Origin: a virus
Lineage: Duplodnaviria > Caudoviricetes
IMG/VR virus record: IMGVR_UViG_3300049731_000156
Span: 1 to 37,715 of that record
Strand: one strand, 5' to 3'
DNA: 37,715 nucleotides
Below, piece by piece: positions 18,069 through 25,851 of this stretch. A program made the position numbers and the translations under genes. The notes below the pieces were generated by a model. That model did no database searches. It saw nothing but the letters and a program-made list of their open reading frames with translations, and had not been told where the DNA came from. Positions within the stretch are counted from its first letter, which is position 1, and each line of letters opens with the position of its first letter.

Positions 18069-18485
18069 ATGAAATACAGAACCGGAGAACTCGGAGATGT
18101 CGTCCGCGCCGACTACACCCGGCGCATCGTCGTCACCCCTGACGGCCTGGAGTTTCTGGACCAGGCGGTGACGTTCTTCCGCGATACCGCGGCCGACGAG
18201 GAGGTGGAAGTCGAGCACGCCGGCAGCACCTTCCTGACCGCCCACATGGAGGACGCCTGGGCTGTCGAGATCGAGATCCCGGTCACCCCGGGCCCTCAGG
18301 AGCGGCTCGTCGATGGGACTCTTGTCCTGGGCGACGTGCCGGACACGATTCCCTGGGAGGCACCAGAGCCGACTGCCCCACCCGATCACGGCGGACCCAA
18401 ACTCAGGCTCACCGTTGGCCAGGCTATCCAGGCCCTGGCCGTTTACGCCGACATGCTGCGAGCGCAAACCCCATCCAATCCATGA
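18069..18485 (+). CDS. Hypothetical protein (possible fibre assembly factor)
   Basis: 138 aa, acidic, follows the fibre gene and is ATGA-coupled to the next gene. Confidence 0.6.
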   Translation: MKYRTGELGDVVRADYTRRIVVTPDGLEFLDQAVTFFRDTAADEEVEVEHAGSTFLTAHMEDAWAVEIEIPVTPGPQERLVDGTLVLGDVPDTIPWEAPEPTAPPDHGGPKLRLTVGQAIQALAVYADMLRAQTPSNP

Positions 18486-18865
18486 CAGCCCACGAGATGA
18501 TCCTGCTGCACGAGGCACACTTCGCCCTGGCGAACCTGCCACCAGGGAGCTTAAGCCGCCTCGCGGCCTACCGCGTCACCCTGAACATGTCCAAGCTGGA
18601 CCCTGCACTGGCTCTCCACCGGGAGGCATTCAGGCAAGCGGTGGCAGCCGAAAAGGAAAAGGACGATCGAGGTGACCTGGACCATGCCGCGCTTGAGAAT
18701 GAAGTCTGGCAGGAGCTGGGCCAGGAGGAGGTCGCTGTCCTGGGCCTCCGCAGCCTCCCGGCCCGGGACCTGCCCTGGGAACAGATGGACCCGAAAGCCA
18801 GTTTCAACCTGGTCCGCCTGGGCCTGATCGAAGGTGATCTGGACGCCCAGGCCATCGCCTCATGA
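18482..18865 (+). CDS. Hypothetical helical protein
   Basis: 127 aa with ATGA overlaps at both ends. Confidence 0.65.
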   Translation: MTAHEMILLHEAHFALANLPPGSLSRLAAYRVTLNMSKLDPALALHREAFRQAVAAEKEKDDRGDLDHAALENEVWQELGQEEVAVLGLRSLPARDLPWEQMDPKASFNLVRLGLIEGDLDAQAIAS

Positions 18866-18999
18866 AGTGGCTGGCGCTCGCCCTTGCCCTGGCCCTGTGC
18901 TCGGGCTGCGCCGCTACATTGGATCAATCGTATCGCATCACAGTTGGCAAAGCACGGTGCCCTTGTCCGCCGGCATCCGGCACGAACTTCGGCAGGTAG
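18862..18999 (+). CDS. 45-aa lipoprotein (o-spanin-like or exclusion lipoprotein), not in the ORF track
   Basis: MKWLALALALALCSGC|AATLDQSYRITVGKARCPCPPASGTNFGR: signal peptide with lipobox; ATGA-coupled start. Confidence 0.7.
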   Translation: MKWLALALALALCSGCAATLDQSYRITVGKARCPCPPASGTNFGR

Positions 19000-19069
19000 C
19001 TCTGCCCGCATCTTCCGCATTGCCATCCATGCTTCGCCAGGCGCCGTCGGCGGCGGCTGTGTTTGTGAG

Positions 19070-19089
19070 TGGTATAAGAACTGGACTAA
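19070..19089 (+). promoter_or_regulatory. Putative integrase arm-type sites, left (TGGTATAA-N4-TGGACTAA)
   Basis: The same pair with the same 12-bp spacing recurs at 19290-19309 on the other side of the att core. Confidence 0.7.
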
Positions 19090-19120
19090 ATTCGTTTTTC
19101 GCCTTCATTCGTGATCGTCG

Positions 19121-19133
19121 TAAGTTATTGATA
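19121..19133 (-). promoter_or_regulatory. IHF-like binding site
   Basis: The minus strand reads TATCAATAACTTA, matching WATCAANNNNTTR, next to the att core. Confidence 0.6.
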
Positions 19134-19136
19134 GCC

Positions 19137-19181
19137 TGGTGGGCGATGCAGGATTCGAACCTGCGACCTTCTCCGTGTAAA
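19137..19181 (-). other. attP: attP core: 3' half of tRNA-Val(UAC), from the anticodon loop to CCA
   Basis: Minus strand: TT-TAC-AC GGAGA AGGTC GCAGG-TTCGAAT-CCTGC ATCGCCC A CCA. The 5' half is absent. It lies about 125 bp downstream of the integrase. Confidence 0.9.
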
Positions 19182-19280
19182 CCAGATCTCCCTTTTTTTC
19201 GCCCGCGAGCGCCCGTTTGCAACCTAGCTATTTTACAAGCACTTGTGAATTTCTGATCACGGGCTGAAAACGGGGATTTA

Positions 19281-19309
19281 TTAGTCCACTGGTATAAAAT
19301 TTGGACTAA
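19281..19309. promoter_or_regulatory. Putative integrase arm-type sites, right
   Basis: TTAGTCCA (inverted copy) at 19281, TGGTATAA at 19290, TGGACTAA at 19302. Confidence 0.7.
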
Positions 19310-20730
19310 TCCCGCCCGTCTCCTTCACTAGGCAGACGGGCGAACACCTCCCAGAAAGGAGGGTCGTTTGCCGGCCTCCAGGAGAGATCCGGACCCCCCC
19401 GCCAGCCGGGCGGAATCTGGCCGTAGGTCGTGCTGATGAGCGACGAGGTCTTGTCCCCGATCTCGGCTGCCACCTGGCCATCACTGATCCCGGCCGATCG
19501 TCGGACGGTGACGTAGAATGCTCGCAGGCCATGACCGGTTCGCGCTCCAAGTCCGAGGGCGGCCGAGATTCGTTTCAGAGCATGGACCAGGCTCGCATTG
19601 TCAACCGGCCCGATGCCGGCCTCCGGACTCGGAAACCACCAGGGCGAGTCGGGATGCTTCTCTGCGTGCCAGGCGCGGTGCGCGGCCATGCACGCACGCA
19701 GGTCTGGATGCAGGACGACGAACGGGTTGACGCCACCTTTGAGTCGCTCGATCCAAAGCCAGTCTCCCTCCACAAATCCGGCCTTCCTCGGGGCAGCATC
19801 GAAGCGCATCCGTAGGATCTCGCCGGTTCGGCAGCCGGTCAGCGCCGAGAAGAGACATTGCCAGGCCAGAACCTCGCCGCGTGGATCGTCTGCCAGCGCG
19901 TGCGCGAGCCGGTGCAATTCGGTCCCGGACGCCGGCATGCAGTCCCGTGCATGGCGCGCCATCGAAGGGCGGTCGTAACGGGGCCGGTCGTGCCGGATCG
20001 GGTTGCTCGGGGTGATGCCGCTTCGCACGGCATAGGTGAACGCCATCGAGAGGGTCTGTAGCTCCTTGTCGACGGTGCAATTTCCCGCACGCCCTGAATC
20101 ACTGATTTCCCCACGCCTGATGTCGGCATAGGTGTCACACATCCGCGCCGAGACGGCGTCGGCGGGCATGGCCCCGAGGTGCCGGTCGAGATTCTTCCAG
20201 TTCCGCTCTTCCGTGGCGCGGGCCTTGCCATCCCGTTTTTCCCGGTGCCGGTCCGGGAAGCCCGCTTTGGCATACGCCCCCAGGATGTCGCCGATCGTCC
20301 GTTTGCTGGAGTATGGATTTGCTGCGAGCCCGAGTTTGCTCCGGGCCTGGTCGGCCCGCTTCAGATAGATTTCTTCCCTGGCTTCTTTTTGGGTGCGGCT
20401 TTCAAGAACTCGCCAGGTGCGCTTTCCGTCAATTTTGGGGCGCTCATACCAGCGACCGGAAGGTCCGTGGTGATAGAGTCCCCCTCCGCAGGACCTGAAT
20501 GCTGGACCTTGTCGCGCATCCGCTCTTTCAGTTCGCCTGAGAACTCCTTTTCCAACGTTTCCCGGACCACGCTTGAAACCGACGCCTGGCCGCGACGAAT
20601 CGCCACGTCCTGAACGATGTCGTAGAGGACCGCCTGGACCCTCACATTCATCGAACGCGTCTCGCCGGTCTGCCGTGATGGCCGCTTCATTTTCCGATGC
20701 TATCTGACCCTGTGTTTCACATTGTTTCAC
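19306..20730 (-). CDS. int: Tyrosine recombinase (integrase); true start uncertain
   Basis: Catalytic motifs TGCRTGE (R), HGLR (HxxR) and TTYG (Y). Arm-binding-like segment GLYHHGPSGRWYERPKIDGKRTWRVL. Adjacent to attP. Confidence 0.9.
   Translation of the reverse strand: MKQCETQGQIASENEAAITADRRDAFDECEGPGGPLRHRSGRGDSSRPGVGFKRGPGNVGKGVLRRTERADARQGPAFRSCGGGLYHHGPSGRWYERPKIDGKRTWRVLESRTQKEAREEIYLKRADQARSKLGLAANPYSSKRTIGDILGAYAKAGFPDRHREKRDGKARATEERNWKNLDRHLGAMPADAVSARMCDTYADIRRGEISDSGRAGNCTVDKELQTLSMAFTYAVRSGITPSNPIRHDRPRYDRPSMARHARDCMPASGTELHRLAHALADDPRGEVLAWQCLFSALTGCRTGEILRMRFDAAPRKAGFVEGDWLWIERLKGGVNPFVVLHPDLRACMAAHRAWHAEKHPDSPWWFPSPEAGIGPVDNASLVHALKRISAALGLGARTGHGLRAFYVTVRRSAGISDGQVAAEIGDKTSSLISTTYGQIPPGWRGGPDLSWRPANDPPFWEVFARLPSEGDGRD
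20361..20690 (-). CDS. Ribbon-helix-helix regulator (putative repressor), nested in the integrase 5' region
   Basis: RSMNVRV-QAVLYDIVQDVAIRRG-QASVSSVVRETLEKEF fits the Arc/CopG strand-helix-helix pattern. Confidence 0.7.
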   Translation of the reverse strand: MKRPSRQTGETRSMNVRVQAVLYDIVQDVAIRRGQASVSSVVRETLEKEFSGELKERMRDKVQHSGPAEGDSITTDLPVAGMSAPKLTESAPGEFLKAAPKKKPGKKSI

Positions 20731-20785
20731 GTGTTTTTATTTGCCACCAAATGTTTACGCTGTAAAAGCTTCATTTACGTATGAA
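20691..20785. promoter_or_regulatory. Divergent promoter/operator region (lysis-lysogeny switch)
   Basis: AT-rich. TGTTTCAC direct repeats at 20713 and 20723; dyads TTTAC-N3-GTAAA (20754-20766) and TTCAT-N6-ATGAA (20770-20785). Confidence 0.7.
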
Positions 20786-20999
20786 AGCCATTAGCAAGGA
20801 GAATGGCGTGAAAAAGGGGCCAGCCGCCAAGGCCACGTCCTCCGTCAATATCCGCGTTCCCCTGGATCTGAAGATCCGGATTCAAAGTTTGTGCCAGCGC
20901 ATCCGGCTCAACACGGGGATTCTGGGAAGGGAAGCCCTCGAGGACATGGTGGAAAGGTGCGAACGGGACGAGCAATTCGCGCTGAAACTGAGGAAATGA
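20781..20999 (+). CDS. Arc-like ribbon-helix-helix regulator (Cro-position gene)
   Basis: SSVNIRVPLDLKIRIQSLC...NTGILGREALEDMV; first gene of the rightward early operon. Confidence 0.75.
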   Translation: MKAISKENGVKKGPAAKATSSVNIRVPLDLKIRIQSLCQRIRLNTGILGREALEDMVERCERDEQFALKLRK

Positions 21000-21003
21000 T
21001 TTT

Positions 21004-21240
21004 ATGATCGAGACCCGGTCCCCCTGGATGACGCCCCGCGAAGCCGCCGAATACCTCCGCTGTTCGGTGCCCGAGATCCATCGGCGCTTCAGCCTTGGCA
21101 CGTTCAAACGTCATTACGACGGCACCCGCCTGCTCGTTCTGCGCTCCGAGGTCGAGGCCTGCGTCCAGGTGGCAGCCCAGCCCAAGCGCAAACGCGGCCG
21201 TCCGATCTCCCGCCGCGATTCCATCGTCATCCGCGCGTGA
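21004..21240 (+). CDS. xis: Excisionase-like HTH protein
   Basis: WMTPREAAEYLRCSVPEIHR...G...RSEV, typical of the HTH_17/Xis family. Confidence 0.8.
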   Translation: MIETRSPWMTPREAAEYLRCSVPEIHRRFSLGTFKRHYDGTRLLVLRSEVEACVQVAAQPKRKRGRPISRRDSIVIRA

Positions 21241-22166
21241 GCCCTCGGGTGGAGGAGAGAATCCCCATGAAAGCACCATCCGCCATCGTCTTGATCCACC
21301 CGTTTTCCAGCCTGCACCGGCCGCTGACGCCGGAGGAGCGGGCCAATCTCCACGCCGACCTCGACAAGAACGGTATCCTTGCGCCGCTGATCGTCTGGGC
21401 GCAGCCGAGGCTCAACCGGATTCTCCTGGACGGGCACAACCGGTTTGCCTGGGCGAAGGAGCGCGGGATCGAACCTCCGGTTCGCGAGCTCGCGTTCGAG
21501 AACCAGGACGATGCCCTGCGTTGGGCGATCGCGAACCAGCTCGCCCGGCGCAACCTGACCCCGGAGGAATCGCGGCTGCTCCGTGGGCGGCTCTACAATC
21601 TGGAGAAGAAAGCGGTTCACGACGGCGGCAAGGGGAAGGAGCGAAGTGGTTCCCAAAATGGGGACCACTTCAGCAGTCGAACGTGCGATCGGCTTGCTCG
21701 GCAACACGGAGTCTCAAAAAACACCATTGTTCGCGACGGCGAGTTTGCGGCCGCTGTCGACACGATCGCGGCCACGGTGCCAGAGGCGGCGAGCGTCATC
21801 GCGAGCGGTCAGACGGGATTGGGTCACGGAGTGATCGTCGAGATGGCCGAGCGGCTGAAAGTCGACCCCGACCTTGCTGTCGAGATCCGAGAACGCATCA
21901 CCGCAGCGTCATCCAGGACCAGAGCGAAGCCTGCAAGGCCGGACACCGGAGAACCGGAAACCGACGAGAAGAAGAAGGCCCGGCGGATACAGGAAGTGCG
22001 CGTTGCCTACGGCTCCCATTGTCAGCATGCGATCGCACTGAGGAAGTTCGGACGAGAGCGCCGGCAGGAATTCTGGAACCGGAACGCAGAGGCGAAGGCG
22101 GTCTATCGGGAGGGTCTACAACACACTGTGGAGGAGTTCACAGGGTACCTTGGAGAGATCGAATGA
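21237..22166 (+). CDS. ParB N-terminal-domain protein (start 21237 GTG or 21267 ATG)
   Basis: GILAPLIVW...LLDGHNR...NQLARRNLT, followed by the HTH-like LARQHGVSKNTIVRD. Confidence 0.8.
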   Translation: MSPRVEERIPMKAPSAIVLIHPFSSLHRPLTPEERANLHADLDKNGILAPLIVWAQPRLNRILLDGHNRFAWAKERGIEPPVRELAFENQDDALRWAIANQLARRNLTPEESRLLRGRLYNLEKKAVHDGGKGKERSGSQNGDHFSSRTCDRLARQHGVSKNTIVRDGEFAAAVDTIAATVPEAASVIASGQTGLGHGVIVEMAERLKVDPDLAVEIRERITAASSRTRAKPARPDTGEPETDEKKKARRIQEVRVAYGSHCQHAIALRKFGRERRQEFWNRNAEAKAVYREGLQHTVEEFTGYLGEIE

Positions 22167-22618
22167 ATGCCGAATTCAAGAGACTGAAAGCCGATTGCAT
22201 TGACGCCTTTGTCCTGGAGATTCAGGAGATCCACGGAGTCGTTCCTGAAGAGTTCGCCGAGACCTGGGTCGAGAAGCATTGGGGCGAATTTGAGGATTAC
22301 GCCAGGGCGGGAGTCATTCATGCGATCGCTGACGCAATCCGTTCGAAGATGCGATCGAAATGCACAGTGGCGATCTGCGAGCAGTTGCATCTCCCAGGCG
22401 AAGAGTTCGCGGATCTTCCCATCGCGGTTCCAACCGAGAATGACGGTTATGCGGGTGCCGGCCTGGCGACCGTCGCGGACTGGGAACTCTCTATCGCCGA
22501 ACATCGCAAGCAGATCGAAGGACATGACGCCTCCATTGTTCGCATTCAGAAACACATCGCGGATCGACGGTCCATGGGCATCCCGGATGACGTGGGCTGG
22601 TACGAAAACGTGAAATGA
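22163..22618 (+). CDS. Hypothetical protein
   Basis: ATGA-coupled on both sides; 151 aa starting MNAEFKRLKADC. Confidence 0.7.
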   Translation: MNAEFKRLKADCIDAFVLEIQEIHGVVPEEFAETWVEKHWGEFEDYARAGVIHAIADAIRSKMRSKCTVAICEQLHLPGEEFADLPIAVPTENDGYAGAGLATVADWELSIAEHRKQIEGHDASIVRIQKHIADRRSMGIPDDVGWYENVK

Positions 22619-22815
22619 AACCTCGCACGTCCCGCATCCTCTGGAGCCTGCCGTTTTGGGTGGTGTGGTTGGTGATGGCCCTGGCCGCCATCGCAGCCGA
22701 GGGGTTCCTGGCGGGGCTGGTGCTCCTGGTCGGCGCGAGCGGGTGTCTGATTGTCGCCGTGTTTTTGTGCTTCGCCGAATGCGATGACGGCGCCTTTCCG
22801 AGCGACGATTTCTGA
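22615..22815 (+). CDS. Small membrane protein (two predicted TM segments)
   Basis: Basic N-terminus, long hydrophobic core, acidic tail. Confidence 0.65.
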   Translation: MKPRTSRILWSLPFWVVWLVMALAAIAAEGFLAGLVLLVGASGCLIVAVFLCFAECDDGAFPSDDF

Positions 22816-22826
22816 CAGGCGATCCC

Positions 22827-23048
22827 ATGAGCTCGCATCCCGTCCCCACGTCCTTTCTCTGGCGCGATTTCCCGCTTGTCTGGGTTCGGCTCCCGGAGTT
22901 CGGCACCACCTACCAGGTCGTCCAGTTCAGCGACGTCTCGTTTCAGCTCGCGAGCCAGGACGAACACTACGATTTCGCAACCGTCCCCGACCACTGGCAA
23001 TGGAGCGCCGACGGCGTGAACTGGATGCCCTTTCAGAGTAGCCGATGA
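22827..23048 (+). CDS. Hypothetical protein
   Basis: 73 aa with a WQWSADGVNW motif; ATGA overlap with the next gene. Confidence 0.65.
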   Translation: MSSHPVPTSFLWRDFPLVWVRLPEFGTTYQVVQFSDVSFQLASQDEHYDFATVPDHWQWSADGVNWMPFQSSR

Positions 23049-23290
23049 AACTCAGACTCAAATGCGATGCCTGCGGGACCGAGGCTGTTGCGGAGCACTT
23101 CCTTGAGGTCGTGCAGCAGGATCTCAAGCTCTCTGGAAAACACGTCGTGGTCTCTATGAGTGTCGGGTTTCTGGACCACGCCTGGCCACCGCCTGACCTC
23201 TGCCGCGGCTGCTGGACCCAGGCGATCCAAGCCGCCATCCACCAGGTCGCGGCCTCGCCCAAGGCAACGCACCAACTGGGAATGACATGA
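23045..23290 (+). CDS. Small zinc-finger-like protein
   Basis: CDAC...DLCRGC; coupled at both ends. Confidence 0.7.
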   Translation: MKLRLKCDACGTEAVAEHFLEVVQQDLKLSGKHVVVSMSVGFLDHAWPPPDLCRGCWTQAIQAAIHQVAASPKATHQLGMT

Positions 23291-23619
23291 GCGACCGTCC
23301 CTCCAACGGCAACAGCGGCGTCGATCCTGTGGCCAAGGTCTGGATCGACCAGGCAAGCTACTCCGAACTCTCCCAACGCTGGCTTGCCGCCAGGCATGAC
23401 GACCCGATGTTCTGCGGTGAGACGGGTGAGTACTACGCCCGTATCATGTGCTCACGCCGGCGCAGTGTCGGTGACGGCCGCAGAGGCCCGGGCCGGTGGT
23501 GGATGGAACGCATGCGGGACAATAGCCAGCGCAGAGACACTTTTGCGGCCGGTTCGGCTTCGACTCCTCAGCAGAGCATGGGACAACACAGCCAACCTGA
23601 AGAGGACCGGCCGCACTAA
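23287..23619 (+). CDS. Hypothetical phage protein (WID.ASY..L..RW...DPMF.GETG.YY)
   Basis: ATGA-coupled. The C-terminal third reads through hairpin 23544-23615 and looks low-information. Confidence 0.6.
   Translation: MSDRPSNGNSGVDPVAKVWIDQASYSELSQRWLAARHDDPMFCGETGEYYARIMCSRRRSVGDGRRGPGRWWMERMRDNSQRRDTFAAGSASTPQQSMGQHSQPEEDRPH
23544..23615 (+). ncRNA. Putative structured RNA element A (long stem-loop)
   Basis: 12-bp stem TGCGGCCGGTTC/GGACCGGCCGCA, an internal loop, then a 5-bp stem CTTCG/TGAAG. Confidence 0.5.
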
Positions 23620-23639
23620 CCCCACTGACAAGGTGACTC

Positions 23640-23905
23640 ATGAAAGAAGCAGGAGAACAAATCGACCTCGGTCCGCAGCAGATTGTCGTGCTTGATCGCG
23701 GCTGGGTCTACGTCGGCAAGTCGCGTGAAGTCGGTGACAAGCTCGTAATCGAGGACGCTCAGTGCATCCGTTATTGGGGCACAACCCGAGGACTGGGGGA
23801 GTTGGCGGCGAACGGACCCACCGGCAAAACGAAATTGGACCCCGTGGGCCGACTCGTGGCACCGATGCGGGCCGTCATCAGCATCATCGCATGCAAGTGC
23901 ATCTG

Positions 23906-23909
<4 letters not shown>
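23640..23909 (+). CDS. DUF6948-like small beta-rich protein
   Basis: IVVLDRGWVYVG...A.CIRYWGTTRGLGELA.NGP...LD. Family recalled from motif and from the adjacent Gly-X repeat gene; not searched. Confidence 0.65.
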
Positions 23910-24073
<164 letters not shown>

Positions 24074-24110
24074 CTGACCGGAAAAAACACTCACCTTAGT
24101 CCATGATTCC

Positions 24111-24180
24111 GGCAGCCGGTCACGCCAAAGGTTCGCCCCTTCAAAAGCGAGGTAGCATCTCGCCTGGCGGGCCGGCTGCC
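24111..24180 (+). ncRNA. Putative structured RNA element B (three-way junction)
   Basis: 11-bp stem GGCAGCCGGTC/GGCCGGCTGCC plus CGCCA/TGGCG, enclosing the hairpins AAGG-TTCGCC-CCTT and GCGAG-GTAGCAT-CTCGC. Intergenic. Confidence 0.6.
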
Positions 24181-24190
24181 CATTCACCTC

Positions 24191-24439
24191 TTGAAGAACC
24201 CATTCTCACCTGAAGACCCCGTCACGGAAGCCGAATGGGAGTTGGCTCGCAAACTCGCGCTCAAGCTGGCCGCCAGCGTGATGGCGGCCCGTTGGGGTCT
24301 CGTTAATAGGCGCGGTGTGATCAATCTCGAACGCTGTCGGTACTTCATCGAACGCACCCCCAACCTGAACAACCATGGCCAAGAACTCACTCCCACCCGC
24401 CACGACTCCCACCAAGACCCGCGCGCCGCGGCAAGCTGA
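24191..24439 (+). CDS. Hypothetical protein
   Basis: TTG start; helical DPVTEAEWELA...INLERC segment; overlaps the next ORF. Confidence 0.5.
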   Translation: MKNPFSPEDPVTEAEWELARKLALKLAASVMAARWGLVNRRGVINLERCRYFIERTPNLNNHGQELTPTRHDSHQDPRAAAS

Positions 24440-24671
24440 AATCTTCGCTCAGTTCTCGCACCTGGAACGCCAAAGACAGGCGTGCCGGCTCGCCGAGAGG
24501 ATCCTGCGGGTCGTCGCCGGCGCCGATCTGCAGTTAGCCGAGACCGCCGTCCAGATTGCCGTGACGGCCGTCCGGGAGAAGGTCTGTCCCCAGTGGGCTG
24601 ATAAGAATAGCGGCGCTCCGGTATCTGTTCCGGAACCCCAGCGGGACACGCGCGACGGGGTTCTCCGCTAA
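24375..24671 (+). CDS. Hypothetical protein
   Basis: A/C-rich leader before ATG; helical core. Confidence 0.55.
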   Translation: MAKNSLPPATTPTKTRAPRQAEIFAQFSHLERQRQACRLAERILRVVAGADLQLAETAVQIAVTAVREKVCPQWADKNSGAPVSVPEPQRDTRDGVLR

Positions 24672-24679
24672 AGGTCCCC

Positions 24680-25054
24680 ATGCCCCGGATGTCCACGTTT
24701 GAGTACGACACCTGGCTGGCGCGCCAGCCTGTCATGCCGAAGCCCAAGGCCAGCACGAAGGCGGCCACCCGTGAAAGCCTCCTGCACGACGCCATCCTGG
24801 CCGAATGCCGGGCCAGAGGCCTGCGGGTCATCCATTCGCGCATGGACCGCGCTTCGACGGTTGCTGTCGGTGCTCCCGACTTCGTCATCGCCCTGGTCGG
24901 CGCTCGTACGCTCTGGATCGAGTGCAAGAGTGCTCACGGGGTTCTACGTCACGATCAGGCCGCCTGGATTGCCACCCTGCAAAGCCTCGGTCACGAGGCA
25001 CACGTCATTCGTTCCATCGAAGAGTTCATCGCTATCATCACCCCCAACCTATGA
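24680..25054 (+). CDS. VRR-NUC (PD-(D/E)XK) nuclease
   Basis: ESLLH...GAPDF...WIECK...G.L...Q..W...L...G. Confidence 0.85.
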   Translation: MPRMSTFEYDTWLARQPVMPKPKASTKAATRESLLHDAILAECRARGLRVIHSRMDRASTVAVGAPDFVIALVGARTLWIECKSAHGVLRHDQAAWIATLQSLGHEAHVIRSIEEFIAIITPNL

Positions 25055-25824
25055 TCATCACTCCCAAGGCTACCTTTATTCCGGCTCCGGTCGGCGAACA
25101 CCGCGGGGTCGTTGTCGACGTCACCCCCGCCAAAACCATGCAGGGTGACTGGGGTGCGCGCGAAGTGTTCCGAATCGTCTACGAGCTCGAGGCGGAAATG
25201 GAGGACGGTCGCCGGTACATGATTCAGAGCCGCCTTTACACGCCGTCGCTCCATGAGAAGAGCGCACTGCGCCCGGACGTCGAGAAGCTCCTGGGGCATA
25301 AGCTCACCAAGGACGAGCTCTCCAGCTTCGACACCGAGGAGCTCCTCGGGATCCCGGTGAAGCTCGAGGTGGAGCACGAGGAAACGGACCGCGGGGTCTT
25401 CGCGCGAATCGTCTACCTGAAACGCATCTCCGATAAAATCGAACCCTCAGGCGACTACACCAGGGTGAAGGACCGTGAGGAGGACGACGACGAACCGCGG
25501 GAGCGCCAATCGGAATTCAGGCGCACTTCCGGCGGTGGCGGGGGTAAGCCCAAGCCTACCCAGTCCCCAGACGCGGTCACTCACCCGGGCAAGATCAAGG
25601 CGCACGTTGGAAGGTACAAGGGGCAGGAGCTCTCCGACCTGTCGCGGGAAGATATCGAGAAGCTCATTGTCGGCTGGCTCGAGCGCGACTTCGGCAAAAT
25701 CCAAAAGCCGTCGGCCGACGACAAGCGCCTGGCCTCCGCGCTCCGGCAGTACCAGAAGAAATTCGCCGCGGAGGACGAGGAGAGCGGTGGGGAAGAGGAG
25801 GAAGAAGACAACGTCCCCTATTGA
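25051..25824 (+). CDS. Putative ssDNA-binding/replication protein with acidic tail
   Basis: FIPAPVGEHRGVVVDV...YTPSLHEKSALR...FDTEELLG; ends EEEEEDNVPY, like SSB tails. ATGA-coupled. Confidence 0.7.
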   Translation: MIITPKATFIPAPVGEHRGVVVDVTPAKTMQGDWGAREVFRIVYELEAEMEDGRRYMIQSRLYTPSLHEKSALRPDVEKLLGHKLTKDELSSFDTEELLGIPVKLEVEHEETDRGVFARIVYLKRISDKIEPSGDYTRVKDREEDDDEPRERQSEFRRTSGGGGGKPKPTQSPDAVTHPGKIKAHVGRYKGQELSDLSREDIEKLIVGWLERDFGKIQKPSADDKRLASALRQYQKKFAAEDEESGGEEEEEDNVPY

Positions 25825-25851
25825 TCCCTGTGAAGACCACCGACTGACCCG

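Noticed and set aside
19137-19210. Complete tRNA-Val gene
   Set aside because: Only the 3' half is present. The 5' anticodon-stem strand, D-arm and acceptor 5' strand are missing, so it is an att core.
21095-22162. N-terminal part of the 507-aa ORF
   Set aside because: A shadow frame over the xis and ParB-like genes. The coupled start is at 22163. The same applies to the upstream extensions at 24805, 10667, 10942, 4931 and 32927.
24096-24103. TTAGTCCA, identical to an inverted integrase arm site
   Set aside because: A lone 8-mer 5 kb from attP is about what chance would give in 37 kb.
24103-24213. 36-codon ORF over structured element B
   Set aside because: No protein-like features; the base-pairing explains the sequence better.
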